Assembly: GCA_044892525.1 (NCBI GenBank)
Contig: CM097888.1
Location: 49,476,001-49,540,000 of the forward strand
Reading direction: 5' to 3'
From: Schmidtea polychroa
Lineage: Eukaryota
DNA: 64,000 nucleotides
Below, piece by piece: positions 37,926 through 51,799 of this stretch (its first letter is position 1; every line of letters starts with the position of its first letter). The notes beneath the pieces were generated by a model. It saw nothing but the letters and a program-made list of their open reading frames with translations. It ran no database searches and had not been told where the DNA came from. A program made the translations under genes and the position numbers.

Positions 37926-38780
37926 ATGACTCATCGTTTCTTTGTCATTTTTGCACTACCCCCCACGATGACTCATCGCTAAACAACGACATATGACTCA
38001 TCAAGGGCACATGACCCGCTGATGACATCATTGATGTCTCATCAAGGTCATTCTATTTTTAGTGCCAAGGTCAGATGACGTCATCGATGACTCATCAAGA
38101 TCATTCTATATTTAGTAACTTGATCACGTGGCGTCATCGATGACTCATCAAGGTCATTAAAGTACACATGACTCATCATTTTTAAACAAAGTCGAATATA
38201 TATCATTCGAAAGGTATTTGAGAGGTCTATTTAATGGTCATATCTTCGAAGGCATATGGTTGGTCAATAACCTTCAAAGGGTCAAAANNNNNNNNNNNNN
38301 NNNNNNNNNNNNNNNNNNNNNNNNNNNNNNNNNNNNNNNNNNNNNNNNNNNNNNNNNNNNNNNNNNNNNNNNNNNNNNNNNNNNNNNNNNNNNNNNNNNN
38401 NNNNNNNNNNNNNNNNNNNNNNNNNNNNNNNNNNNNTGAGTTCGAAGGTCAAAGAGTCCAAGGGTCCAAGGTTGAAAAATTTTTAAACCTTATAATATAC
38501 ATATCAAACAAGAGGTATTTGAGATGTAAGTATAATGGTCATACTTTCAAAGGTTTATGAATGGTCCTGAACCTTCATGGAGTCAAAAACCTGTAAACCT
38601 TATACTTATACATATGTATACATATCAAACAAAAGGTAATTCAAAGATGAGTATGATGGTCCAAGTTTGAAGGTCAAAGGGTCCAAGGTTCAAATTTTTT
38701 AAAACCTTATAATATACATATCAAACCAAAGGTAATTCAAAAGTGAGTATGATGGTCCAAGGTCAAATGGTCCAAGTAAT
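37926..38780 (+). repeat. Complex repeat array: GATGACTCATCAAGGTCA units, then longer CATATCAAAC...GGTCCAAGG units, spanning a gap
   Basis: Seven TGACTCA copies at 37926-38180; repeated CCTTATAATATACATATCAAAC...GAGTATGATGGTCCAAG blocks at 38440-38780. Confidence 0.8.
38288..38436. other. Assembly gap (N run)
   Basis: Run of n. Confidence 1.
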
Positions 38781-40018
38781 AATAATAATATATCAGACAA
38801 GAGATAATTTAAATCAATACATTTATTAAACAATAAAATAATTTAAAATTAACAATGGCTTTTTAAATATTGATGTACTCATATTTGCTGCCATCTTGTT
38901 TGAAATTGGTAACGTTGAATTGGTTTTCAAATTTTCTATCGATTCTTTTATTGTTCGAATTTTGAATATTATTAAATCAATCTTTCTCAACAAATGATCA
39001 TGTTTCTTATCAATAATTTTCATATTCTTTTTATTTTCAGCAATTGAGTTATTGAAAACCTCAATATGATCAATCAATTTAAATTTTGTATATATTCAAA
39101 AGATTACTCATAGCTATTTTCTAAATTCTCCAATCTTTGGGATATTCTTTTTCCTGGATGCTTTGAACATTTTAGTTTGTCAAGAATATATAAAATATCA
39201 AACACATTGATTTATTAAAAGAATCCACCGTTATTGTTGTATTGTGTGAGCACACACTCCTTATAATAATTAGCAATAGAAATATAGTTTTCATGTTGTA
39301 CCAAATCAAATCTATTATATTTTACATTTATAGTCTATCAACCAATCAGAATCATATTATACACACACAGTAGTATAAATAAGACATTATATTAAAAATT
39401 ATTGTAAAAATGTCTCAATTTATTGAAAAAATTCTGAATACTCTAGTCACAGCGAATATAGTCGACAGCCTCAATTTCCTGGTCAATCGGACCGAACAAA
39501 TTATTGAAGGCAACCATTGTAGATTATTCAACTAATCAACAAATGGTTGGACCCAAATACGTTCAGAAAATTAAAGTTAGCTTTTCATCAAGCAAAAAGA
39601 TGTGACTAGATTGTGCATACCTTTGATATTGAGAGTCAAATTAATTAATTATGTTATTGTGAATTGAGGCTGCGACCAGGATACAATTGTTTCATATAAT
39701 TAAATGTTATTTTATTGCAAAATTGAATTTAATTAATATGCATTGTGTAAACATTCGAGTTATTATTTTACTAAAAAGCAAAAGCAGCTGGTAAATAATG
39801 GACCGGTTCATTTATAAAACTCATCAAGTTGCAGAAGGCCCCTTATGACAAGATAAAAAAATGCATTTAGCCATGACATATAGCAAGCTATACTTGCAAG
39901 CATTTTTCAAACTTGAAAATTAGATGAATGAAGAAATTGTTATGCTTTTCTACTTGACTTGACTAGAAAATTTATTTACATTTTGTAAATTTAAAGTTTA
40001 TTTATCTCACGATCTTAC

Positions 40019-40423
40019 CTTTATGATAGCTAGAGAATCAACAAATTTTACAATTAAAACATGGGTACGATTGGATTGTAATTTGTACAGATTCGTCCTA
40101 TTCAATATATCTAGCTGCTGATTCCATAGGAGCAAAATGATTTCACCGCTTGGATTTACATAGATTGTGATTAAGCAATTATTTCTAATTATTTCAAGTT
40201 AAATTGCTAAATGATATATTTCGAAACTTAGTTACGATTTCGATCAAGCATTCATTTTCCCCAGGTTTTGGCATCCACGCAAATTTTACAATTCGAATAT
40301 TTGACTCCTTTTCAACAATACGATAAGAACTCTTTGATTGCTCAGCTTGTACTGACATTGTATAAATTTTGTCAAAAGAAACAAAATAAAATAATGTGAG
40401 CCAATGGCACAACCAGGGCTGTC
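40019..40423 (-). pseudogene. Candidate laminin-G-like exon with one frameshift
   Basis: Phase-1 acceptor (TCAAG|GA at 40423) and donor AAG|GTAAGA at 40019. Two frames join near 40200: ...VSFDKIYTM...IVKFAWMPKPGENECLIEIV... and LITIYVNPSGEIILLLW...KLQSNRTHVLIVKFVDSLAIIK. The pattern resembles the first two-thirds of a LamG fold, but similarity is weak. Confidence 0.4.
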
Positions 40424-43400
40424 CTTGATAGATATACCGCCCTCAGGTGAATTACCTTATATATGTTAACCACTATCTAAAAATTATTTCTGAAATGCTT
40501 ACTGGTGCCAGGTAACAGCCTAACGTAATATATGTTGCCTAAATATTGAATTTAGTTTTTGTAAGGGTTCTACGTTGTTTACGTCTCTTTGAAGGTCATT
40601 TAACATTTACTAATACAAGTTTATCCTAAATTCTGTTCTCAAACAATAGAATAACAAGATTATAATAGTTATAAGCTAAGATTACCACTATCATTGATAT
40701 AAACATAAAAATTTGAAAATAATAAAAATGTTTTAGAAAGTTTAAGGAAAAGATATTGTAGAAAATTTACAATTAAAATGATAAATATCTATTTCAAAAA
40801 AGTAATTTTTATGAATGAATGCAATTTTAATCATAGCTCTATTTGATGATATTGAAATTATAATCTCATAATTTTATTTGAATACTGAAGATTGATGATC
40901 TAAATTGACATGTTGGAGTTATTTTTGATTTTAAATAAATATTTTTGACATCAGAAATTAATAATTGGCGCATTAATGCAACTGATAATTGTTTCACTAA
41001 TTGTTTATTGTTTAAAGTCGAAGAATTACTAGAATAAATTGTTTCAGTTATTTCATAAAAACTTTTGCTATGGAATAGATGCTACATTTCTCTCTGTGTG
41101 TCCAATCGGGGATGTTTGTTTGTCGCTTGGTGTGTTTTTGTGTATTTTTTGCTCGTTTGTTGCGCCTATTGTTGTGTTTTTAGGTATGTGTATTGGAATA
41201 GTTTGTTGGATTTTTTAGAAATTATTATAAACTTTAACAATGGCATAAGTAAATAAAGTTAATAATTATGTATCTTCTAATTTGGATATGAGAAAAAATA
41301 GAACGATCAAATTGAAAAGTAATTTAAAGTTGTGAAAACTGCCAAGAGAAAACGATTACAAAATGTACCAAAGAGACAATAATCAACCTAAAATCCCATC
41401 ATTATTTGAAACAATTCTAATAAATTTTTGAGGTTCATTTTAAACGACAATCAATGGTAAGAAATGTATATTAGCGATTACGAATGTGTTCAACAGATGT
41501 ATTTCTTTATATGCACAACATCAACACAGAATAAAAATGCAACTATAAATATTTTAAGAAATAATTGGAACTTAAGATTAGGTGCACGAAGACTTATACA
41601 GTTTGATTGAGGGAAAGCATTTGAATCCAACCTAATCTTGTTCGAGGCCCATAACGTTTGCCGTTTGATCGACATATATAATACAAACAATATCAGGTTG
41701 AAATTCAGGAAATCGGAAGCCACAGAGATCTGATGTGATAGACGTCGGAATGAAGTGGAGAAGATTGTATACAAATCGAGATTTGAAAGAAAAAAATTTA
41801 AGAAATTTTCCAATTAATTATCAGAAAATTCGATTTATTGATTATTGTAATGCTATATTATGACATTAAAAATTAATATAAATGGAGCTATTCATTACAG
41901 AAATGATGAAAGGGCCCAGAAAGATACGTGGATCCAATTCTACCATATGTTGTTTATCACTTTAACTATGCAATGCAATTGTTATATTATGCTATTAATT
42001 CATCTGTGATTATGGCGCCAAATCCTTCTCAACCAACTAAGATTAATGCTAATGATCACAATAGTAATAAAGTGGAATTATGTCGCCAAATAGTGATATA
42101 GGTATTGTTAGCCAAACTCCCTATAATATTGTTAGCTGTCACGATATAGCTGATAATTATGAAGGTAATTAGGAAAAACTTAAATGCGGAAGTTGAGGGA
42201 TAATCTTTATATTATTTATACTAACATCTGCATCTAGTGGCTTGTAGCCATTTATAAATGTAGCCTTATCATTCTCAACACATTACGATTAACGATTATG
42301 ATCATAGTAGTAATGATCGAAGTAGAGTTATGTAGCCAAATAGTGATATAAGTATTGAGTAGGTAGTTATGTGGGGTCCAGATCCATGTGAGGTCCAGAT
42401 CTAGATACCCCCCCTACTTTTTTTAAAAGACCCCCCACTTTTTAAATTTTGTTTTAATTATCGATTACGTAATAATTTTAATTTTGTTTAAATCACTAAT
42501 TACGTAATATTTTTAATTTTGTTTAATTATCTATTGCGCAATAATTCCATTTTGTTTAAATCGTTGATTGCATGATATTTTTAATTTTTTTAATTATCTA
42601 TTATGTGATAATTTTATTTAAATCATTGATTACGTTATAATTTTTTATTTTATATAAGAATTTTTATGTCAATATACTTGAAATTTAATTCTCTATTAGA
42701 TGAGACTATGACGTAATCAAAATTCTGAAATTTCATATTTAGTACACCATTTTTGAATTTACACATCTTTTAAACAAATATACATCTTTTTCATTCATTC
42801 ATTCATCTTTATTGAAATATTTAGACACCAACATGTTTTAGTTATCAATAAATCGAGTAAGGGTAGGAAATTATTTAGAACCAACAAGTAACACACAGAC
42901 CCTAGTGTAATAGATGTTAATACAATAAACCCACTCACATGCGTATACATATATTAAACCACGCACATGTTAATATTATTATTCAATACACATACCAATA
43001 CCCCAATCAATCAAAATCATGCATTGATATTGCAACTTTATTGCATATAAGTAATATCAAAACTATAAAAAATATTACATCATTAAATAATAATAACTTC
43101 TATTACAGTATTTTAAACTATATTCAATCACTAATTATTGTAAAATAATAAATTATTTCAGTTAATGGTTACAAAATTAATAAAAAATATTACAATAAAT
43201 CAAAACAACATAACGAACTCTTTCAGTAAATTACAATAATGTTATAAAGTATTCATTAAGTTGCAATAAAGTGGGAAATTATTTCTGTGAATGGCAGCAA
43301 TTTAATAAATATTTTACACTAAATTACCACAAAATTATGAAACCTTTCATTAAATTACAACAAAGTAATAACATATTTTGGAAAAATTTCATCAGTTGTA

Positions 43401-44197
43401 AAATATTTAAGCAAATTGTAACAAGATTATAAAAATATTGCAGCAAAGTAATAACATACCGATAACTAGTTAATTATATGTGTTAGCACTGTACGCAAAA
43501 CTTATATTAGTGTTTTTTATTTGGGGGATGTGAGATTTTATGTCAGGATATTAAATATTTATATCAATTCAAATTTCTGTTTGTCACAATAAATATTATT
43601 AAATAAAATTTCTCTCAGTTTTATGAACTTAATAATAAATTATTATTGAAAATAATAAATCTTATTGATAAATATATTATTTTTTTAAAGTTTATTCAAT
43701 TCTCAACTATGTTTCTCAATATCCTATAAATTGATAATATATTAATGCAATACTAAAACCTACTAATTTATGCAACTAATTCCTAATTAATTCGAATAAA
43801 ATGTTAATTTAGAATTCTTAAATTTAATAAAACTTATGATTTTTAAATATTATTTTAAAAAACATAATTTAAAAAACATTTTTAAGTTTAATTTTAATCT
43901 ATTTTAAAAAATTAAGATTTCTAGTTACAACTCAAACGATAGAATGATAGAATTTAAAACTCTACAAAATGACATCATTATTTATTCACACTCAAAACAC
44001 CTAAACCAATGCCTTTTTCATCCAAATTTTATATACACTTTTAAAGATATTAATCGATACTTAAGAAAACCTATTCTCATATTAAAACTAAACATTTATT
44101 AAAATCATGAGAAGTTCGATCGTTGGTGATATGACCTAAACTATAGAAATTCGTCAACAACTAAGGGTAAAATTTTAAGGAACCGCATCAATTTTGA

Positions 44198-44198
<1 letters not shown>

Positions 44199-44264
<66 letters not shown>
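44199..44264. repeat. (TA)33 microsatellite
   Basis: Perfect TA run. Confidence 0.97.
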
Positions 44265-44267
<3 letters not shown>

Positions 44268-44871
44268 CACTGAAAATATGCATTTTATTAGGGTTAGTAA
44301 ATAAAATAAAACTTATCACATGTAATCCCTATTTTTAATAATGTAAACGATAAAAATCAAGACAAGAGAGGACAAGGCAAAGTTTATGCATTTAGTATTG
44401 CCAGGCCTAATGAGCAGTGACCAAATATCTGTGGCTGAAAGACACGGTGGATTTGTTCGCATCCGCAAGGGTTGACTGTGCATCCTCCAAGTGGGGTTAG
44501 AATTACCTGGGCATTATAGTGCTCCGTACGGAACATTACGCCTAGAATGTCAGGGTAGTCAACTACCAGCACATTCGAAACGTATTAAAATATATTACAA
44601 ATGTGCGAGCATGACAATGCGTCATTGGAACTATAACCAAATTAATTAATGTTTTCACTAACAACAATATATATTTACAGAGGCATCCCACTAGTTGGAT
44701 TACAACCGCCCACCACGACGCTCAGCTTGTAAATATATATTAATTAAAAAGGGCCCCCAACCCTATTATATTTAATTTACAAAATAATGTTTTTAAAGGG
44801 CTTCTCCGTCAGTTTTCTCACTCTTCTGGATTTTCTCTGGAATTATTATTATTATTATTATTATTATTTAA

Positions 44872-44916
<45 letters not shown>

Positions 44917-45700
44917 TATTAGCATTATTATTATTTTTAAAATTTTATTCTGAGAACAAATTCTAATAATATCAAGAAATTTGTATTTATTTTTTTCATT
45001 TTAATTATTATTATAAATTACTTAGTATAAGTTGGCGAAGCCCTAAACAAAGAAATCTATTCAACATTGAACCATCTAATAAAACAGAATATGAGCATCC
45101 TTTAAATTAATTAATAAAATATTTTTATTAGGATAAAGAAATAAACCTAGTTCTTTCCGAATTTCATTTATATATCCTCAGTAAGTTGGATTTATCTATA
45201 AATTTATATTACATTATTTATTATTTTAAGTTAAACTACCCAATAACTACTGAGATAAAGTTTTGCAAACAATAAACTGTAGTTCACTGGATAGAAACGA
45301 AAGAATTTTCAAAAAATCCACTAAAATTTTATCATAAATAATATTGAATAAGTAATTTTGAAATTCTGTTCTAAAATAGAGTTATAAAATTATTTTATAT
45401 ACAAATTAACTTTACTTTGAATTTAAAAAACTAACTATAAAATTTGCTTTTATATTTAAACAAAGTTTTAAACAAGTTATAATAAAATTATTTTTTCGTA
45501 AAAAATGATTATTTAAAGATGATGAACTATAAAATAAATATTATTACTTGAAAATAATTTTATTTTTTATTGGAAATTTAGTTTTCTTACATAAATTATT
45601 ACCAAAAATTTTAATATCTTTATAAAAATATTTAAGGATAAGTAAATAACATTAATTAAATTAATCTTAATTTTAATTTATATCAATTCATTAATTCACT

Positions 45701-46170
45701 AACAACAAGTTACCGTTTACTTGGTACAAGATATCAACAACCGGATACCTACAACTAGATACCAACAACCTTTTACCAACTATGTATTAAAAATGGCTAC
45801 CAAGTACTAACAACTATCTACTAACAACCAGATATTAACAACCAAGTTGTTACAACTAGACACTAACAACTAGTCACCGTTTACTTAGTACAAGATATCA
45901 ACAACAATAACAACAACAACAGTTTACCTACAACTAGATACCAACAACCTGTTACCGAATAGATACTAAAAACTATATACTAACAACCAAGTACTTATTA
46001 TTAGACACTAACAACTGGACACTAACAACTAGATACCATTTACATAGTACAAGATATCAACAAAAATAACAACAACAACAACACCAACTGGATATCTACA
46101 ACTAGATACCAACAACCTGTTACCAAATACCAACAACCTGTTACCGAATAGATACTAAAAACTATCTACT
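45701..46170 (+). repeat. Minisatellite with ~160-bp higher-order period built from CAACTAGATAC/CAACAAC subunits
   Basis: The anchor C(G/A)TTTAC(T/A)T(G/A)GTACAAGATATCAACAA recurs at 45714, 45878 and 46037. Confidence 0.85.
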
Positions 46171-49100
46171 AAGTATCAACCTAAATTCAATCACCGGCTA
46201 AGTATTTTCAACTACTCACTAACTTGAAATTATAATCATTGATAATCCAGTAAATATTTATCTTAAATAGTAATTATTCAAGTTCTTTCTTGTCCATGAA
46301 TTGCCTTTTTATGATATTTATTTACTATGATTTGAATAATTTCATCAATTTTTACCTAGTTATTTGAAATCTTACAAGTACTGGTACCTTGAATTCCAAA
46401 ATATGTTAATACTTTGTTGTAATTTAATGAAAGGTTTCATAATTTTGTGGTAATTTAGTGTAAAATATTTATTAAATTGCTGCCATTCACAGAAATAATT
46501 TCCCACTTTATTGCAACTTAATGAATACTTTATAACATTATTGTAATTTATTGAAAGAGTTCATTATGTTGTTTTGATTTATTGTAATATTTTTTATTAA
46601 TTTTGTAACCATTAACTGAAATAATTTATTATTTTACAATAATTAGTGATTGAATATAGTTTAAAATACTGTAATAGAAGTTATTATTATTTAATGATGT
46701 AATAAATTTTACAGTTTTGATATTACTCATATGCAATAAAGTTGCAATATCAATGCATGATTTTGATTGATTGGTATGCGCTTAACCTCTATGACTTGTA
46801 TGTATTGAATAATAATATTAATATGTGCGTGGTTTAATATATGTATACGCATGTGAGTGGGTTTATTGTATTAACATCTATTACACTAGGGTCTGTGTGT
46901 TACTTGTTGGTTCTAAATAATTTCCTACCCTCACTCGATTTATTGATAACTAAAACATGTTGGTGTCTAAATATTTCAATAAAGATGAATGAATGAATGA
47001 AAAAGATGTATATTTGTTTAAAAGATGTGTAAATTCAAAAATGGTGTACTAAATATGAAATTTTAGAATTTTGATTACATCATAGTCTCCTTTAATAGAG
47101 AATTAAATTTCAAGTATATTGACATAAAAAATTCTTATAAAAAATCAAAATTTATGACGTAATCAATGAATTAAATAAAATTATTATATAATAGATAATT
47201 AAAACAAAAATTAAAAATATTACGTATTTAGTGATTTAAACAAAATTAAAATTATTGTGTAATCAATAATTAAAACAAAATTTAAAATTAAAAAAATTAA
47301 CAAATTATGGGATGGGGGTGTTTTTAAAAAAATTTTAAAAAAAAGTATGGGGGGTATCTGGATCTGGACCCCACATAACTACCTACTGTTTTGCTAGTCA
47401 ACTTTATAAGATTATATATTTATAAGATATTTATAAAATTATTAGCTGTGAGTATATAGCTGATAATTATGAAAATATTGAAGAAAAACCTAAATGTGGA
47501 AGTTGAGGGATAATATTTATTGGCAAAAAAGCACAAAATGAAAGTCGAATATTCAAGCTTATGGCATCACTCGGAAAATGGAATGATTGATTATCAATTC
47601 AGGACAATCAGAGATGCAATTCAAATATCTATGCAACGCAGAATATTTAAAAATTTAACTGAGCTATATCCTGCGTATGGTAAAAAAATATTTAAATAAA
47701 AACTAGTCTGGAACGAAAATAGGAATCCGAATGAATATATGGAAATACAAATTGAGAAAAGAAAATCGAGATACATGAAATAAAAAATAATGAAAATAAA
47801 ATTATTTACAAAAAATTAAGGCACGAACAAATCTAGAATTTGATAGAAAAGACGTACATACTAAAGAAGCCGACTGGTATGACAGACTAGGGAAATAATT
47901 AAGAGACATGATCCAGCCAAATTATCAAATTGAATAATAGAAGACATATCACAAAAAATGTGGAATGGTTTAGAGAATTTAAAACTAAGAGTTAAAATGT
48001 GTTGTTTGAGGGGAGTGTGAGATAAATCTAACAATATATTAATCGTTAATTTATAATGTTATATATTAAATAATATTTGTAAAACGTCAATCCAATATAG
48101 AATTGAAATTCAAACTAAATCAATCTAAATTGCTCTTTTTCAAAAAAACTAATTCATTAATTTTTAAAATTATTTTTTGCTAAAAATCATAAAATTCTGT
48201 TTTCTTAATTCGAGTTTTTAAAAATTTTAAAACTACGTACAATCTATTCGTACATGACTAGACCCAAATTATCACTTACTGATCCTCCTATAAAGTGTAA
48301 TACATGGAGTACTATACTCTGAGTTTCGGGGATCTCGTAGAGTATTTGCTTAAGTCAATAATCAGACCAAGGTCTTAAATAATTTTTCTAAATATATACA
48401 TTCTACAATAACTAATTGTAATTTATAATAAGTTTTTGTAAAATAATTTGTTTACTTAGTAAAACAACTGTTGTGCCTAATAAAAATACCAAAATAATAA
48501 TTTTTTTTTTAAATATGTATAAAAATAAATCAAAAAATAAAGAGTACTACATAAAACATTAATATTCTCCTATAAATCATTTAATTCAAATTATTATTAT
48601 TTCCTCCACTTCGTCTTAAACTTGGAAGACTGAGATCTTGAATGGTAGTTCTGCTTCTCGATATGTTGGCTATTTTATCATATAATTAAATATAAACTCT
48701 CCTAATTGATGAATTTCTTCGCTGCATAGGTTAGAAATTTCGGGGGTATAATCATTTATTAACCTAAAAAAATGACGGGACAGCTTGATGAAATTTAATG
48801 TTATATTCATTATTACATTCATTCATTCATTCATTCATTATTATATTCATTCTTACATAAATTTCCGTTAACCATAAAGTTTACATAACAGTTATATTCT
48901 GCTTTAGTATTTATTTCTTGCAGGCATTAGAATTATAAAAAAAAATATTATATCTTTAAAATCGATTTATAATTTATATTAAAAAATTATTATTATTTTG
49001 GTATTTTTATTAGGCATCACATACTTAGTAAAACAACGCCCTTGTGTGATTATATATTATATTACTTTATTATTTCTTCAATTTCACCACTGATTATTTT

Positions 49101-50048
49101 TTTATTAGAAAGAGAGTTTGAAGACTATAAATCAGTAATATATCGATGTTTGTTGATACTCACGAATTTTCGGCACTGCCTTTTTTCATGTGAATTTTTC
49201 ATATATATATATGATGTTTGGACTAAATTTGACAATTTGTTTTTGTTAAAATAGATATGGATCTTTGGGATTTAATTAAATTTGACAAGTATAAGCCACC
49301 TGAATATTGGCAAAGAGTTGACTGCATCATGATAATTTATACTGAGCATCAAAATCGCACAATCATAGCAGTTGGTCAATGCTCTTTAAACTCTGGAAAA
49401 GCAAAGTGAAAAGAGAGGCAGTGGAGACTAGAAAGTGACGGAAGACTCAAGCAAAGAAATGCAAGCTTTAGTGCAGGAAATGGGTGTTGCAGTTTCCTCC
49501 ATGAATCTATATTCTATCAACATTTCAATTTTTCTTTAATCACAAGATTTTTATATTACTTATTATAATTTCATTAATTTCTATTTTTAATAAATATAAT
49601 TTACTATAATTATTCCTCTTTTATTACAATTATTTTAAATAATAATTACTATAATTTGTAATTTATTTTCTAAAATTAGTATTATTTAAACTTTTGTTAT
49701 TTTTGTTTAACTAAATTAATTTACTAATATTATCTAAAGTTTTAAATGCACATTTAATTTTTATTTTTTAATTAATTTTGTCTTTAGTCTACCATTATTG
49801 TTTAAAAATTGCTAAAATATACGCTGGAGTTACAGGTATGTCATACAAAAAAATCCAAGAGTTGAAATGGTTAATTACAAATTTTTCTAAATATATCCTA
49901 CAGTGATCTAAAATTAACTCAATCTAATCTAACCTAATGTTTCATCCTTTAAATAACTTTATTAAAACTTTTCTTCCTTCTCCCATTAATAAATTTCTGG
50001 TTTAGCCATTGATTTGAGCATATATAAACATTGACATTTTTTATTTAC

Positions 50049-50841
50049 TTTTAAAGCAGTGTCTTCCGGCATTAATTCCTGATAAACTACAGCAAAGGAT
50101 GTAATAATCAACTGATCTGTTCCTACAAATGGAATCCTCGCAAATCGATTCAGTAGCTCGTTTTGCACAATACGGATAGAAATAATCTCCCTTTTGAATG
50201 AATTTGACTTTTCTATCATTAACATAAAAATCCTGAATACAACCGATAATTCTTGTGAAGGAAACGTTAACAGTTCCATTTAATTGAATATTATTTACAT
50301 TTCCAACGAAAATATTTGTTTTGTTGATTTCTCGATAAAAATTATAAGCATTTAATATATCAGGAAACGAAACTGAATAAGTTGAAAGATTAATTAAAAA
50401 ACTCCAATAAAATTATTACTTGGATTCGGTTTAGAGAAAATATTTTCTAATAAAATTGTTTTGGAATTCAAATGACATAAATTATTATTTGTAATTAATA
50501 GCTGTAAATGTATTTGAAATATTTCTTCGTCGAAAACCAAATCATTAGCTTGATAGCCAATCAAAATGATCAAAATGAATAAAGAAATTTAAACGAACCT
50601 GATTGGCTGACAATGGAATAATTCAAACCGTTAAAATCAATAATTAATTGAAAGTTCTTGTGGAAATTTTCCCCAGTCATTACGGTAAACGAATTATTAT
50701 TCCTGTCGATTGCTAGCAATAAATGCCGGTTAGAAATTGGTTTAAAATATAAGAAAATATCTAATTCCATTTCATTTTTGAAATGTTCATCTAAATGACC
50801 AATTAGAAATCCTTGCAAAATGTCTTGGAAGTGAATGAAAA
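50049..50841 (-). pseudogene. Laminin-G plus degenerate EGF-like module exon with two frameshifts
   Basis: Acceptor TTCAG|TT at 50841 and donor A|GTAAAT at 50049, both phase 1. Frame 1: ELDIFLYFKPISNRHLLLAI (LamG start). Frame 2: ILIGYQANDLVFDEE... Frame 3 (50412-50049, no start codon, absent from the track): ...NIFVGNV...RIIGCIQDFYVND...CEDSICRN...YYILCCSLSGINAGRHC. GCIxxhxhN is the LamG C-terminal signature, followed by an EGF-like Cys pattern. Confidence 0.62.
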
Positions 50842-51433
50842 CTGAATTTCAAATCAACTAAAGATTTATAGAATTGCAGAATTTCTTACTGAATGTTGTT
50901 AATAGCGAGTGAAAATTTTTCATTGTTTCAATTTAAATTTAATCCGTATCAAATGATAATGATAAATATAATAATAATAATAATAATAGTTTCATTGTTA
51001 TGTATATCCGGTGAATTTGTACAATATCTGTTTACCGCTTGTGTTATTAAATTTAGAAATTATTTTGAGATTTATTAAATATATAGTTTTATGATGAATG
51101 GTTTTAATTAAAATTAATTAAATACAAATTAAAATTGGAACTTTGTGTATTATCCAAAACAGTGTTTCTCATTTATTTTAATCTCTGGTTTTTTTAAATT
51201 CCCAAAGGTTTCTTGTATTCTTAATCGTTTGTAGGCATTTTAGACTTTATTCCATTACACTGTGTCACTAGAGGAGCAGACAGGGACTATTTATTGACAC
51301 ATTATTTGATATTAATATAAATATAATTGACTCCAGGTAGGTAATACTTGCATAATATTAAACCTATAGTTTTCAAATTTCATAAACTTCTCATTTATAT
51401 AAAATAGTATTATTCTTCAAATATTATTTATAA

Positions 51434-51461
51434 CTAACCGTATTGCCGTGCTTCGCTACGG
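51434..51461 (-). mobile_element. Isolated Helitron-like 3' end
   Basis: The minus strand has the hairpin CCGT-AGCGAAGC-ACGG followed by ...TTAG|T (degenerate CTAG|T). Confidence 0.4.
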
Positions 51462-51799
51462 TTATTTTTAACATTATTTATAATTAGGATTTTATACGTT
51501 AATTTCAGTGAATTAAATGTTTTCAAAAACAGTCATCCATGAAAACAATTGACAATTGGCAGGCAGAAAAAAATTATACAACATTCAATAAAATGAATGT
51601 TCTACTTTATACAATATTCTGACTCAAATATTTCCTCGCAAATGTTCCCTCTTAATGGTTTTGTCGCACTATTTCTCTCTTAACTATTCTATCCTGTTCT
51701 GCTGTGCTTCCTCCTTTTATACTTCGTCACTTTGTAGCACTTCAGTTTATCTTTAATTTCCCATTTTTTCTCCAACATAATTCCCCTACTTTTCCCTGC

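Larger units (their letters stand above)
42358..47387. mobile_element. Non-autonomous Polinton/Maverick-like element (5030 bp, ~1-kb TIRs)
   Basis: 42358-43383 is the reverse complement of 46394-47387 with scattered indels. Termini are AGTAGGTAG...CTACCTACT; the 6-bp flanks are GTATTG / GTTTTG. No pPolB, integrase or capsid ORF inside. Confidence 0.75.

Noticed and set aside
38826-39077. Coiled-coil-like 83-aa ORF as the next exon of the LamG gene
   Set aside because: TTG start, no in-frame acceptor, and K/I/N-rich composition expected from AT-rich DNA.
39461-39676. Small MITE with GTCG(A)CAGCCTCAATT inverted ends
   Set aside because: A 15-bp inverted match is present, but the termini and TSD cannot be defined.
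45701-46170. CRISPR-like repeat-spacer array (also considered 37926-38190 and 60517-60590)
   Set aside because: Units are degenerate tandem repeats without unique spacers, there are no cas genes, and the context is eukaryotic.
49260-49500. Tc1 transposase relic (KPPEYWQRV; SKEMQALVQEMGVAVS)
   Set aside because: Only two short resemblances, in the wrong order, and no TIRs. Too weak to call.
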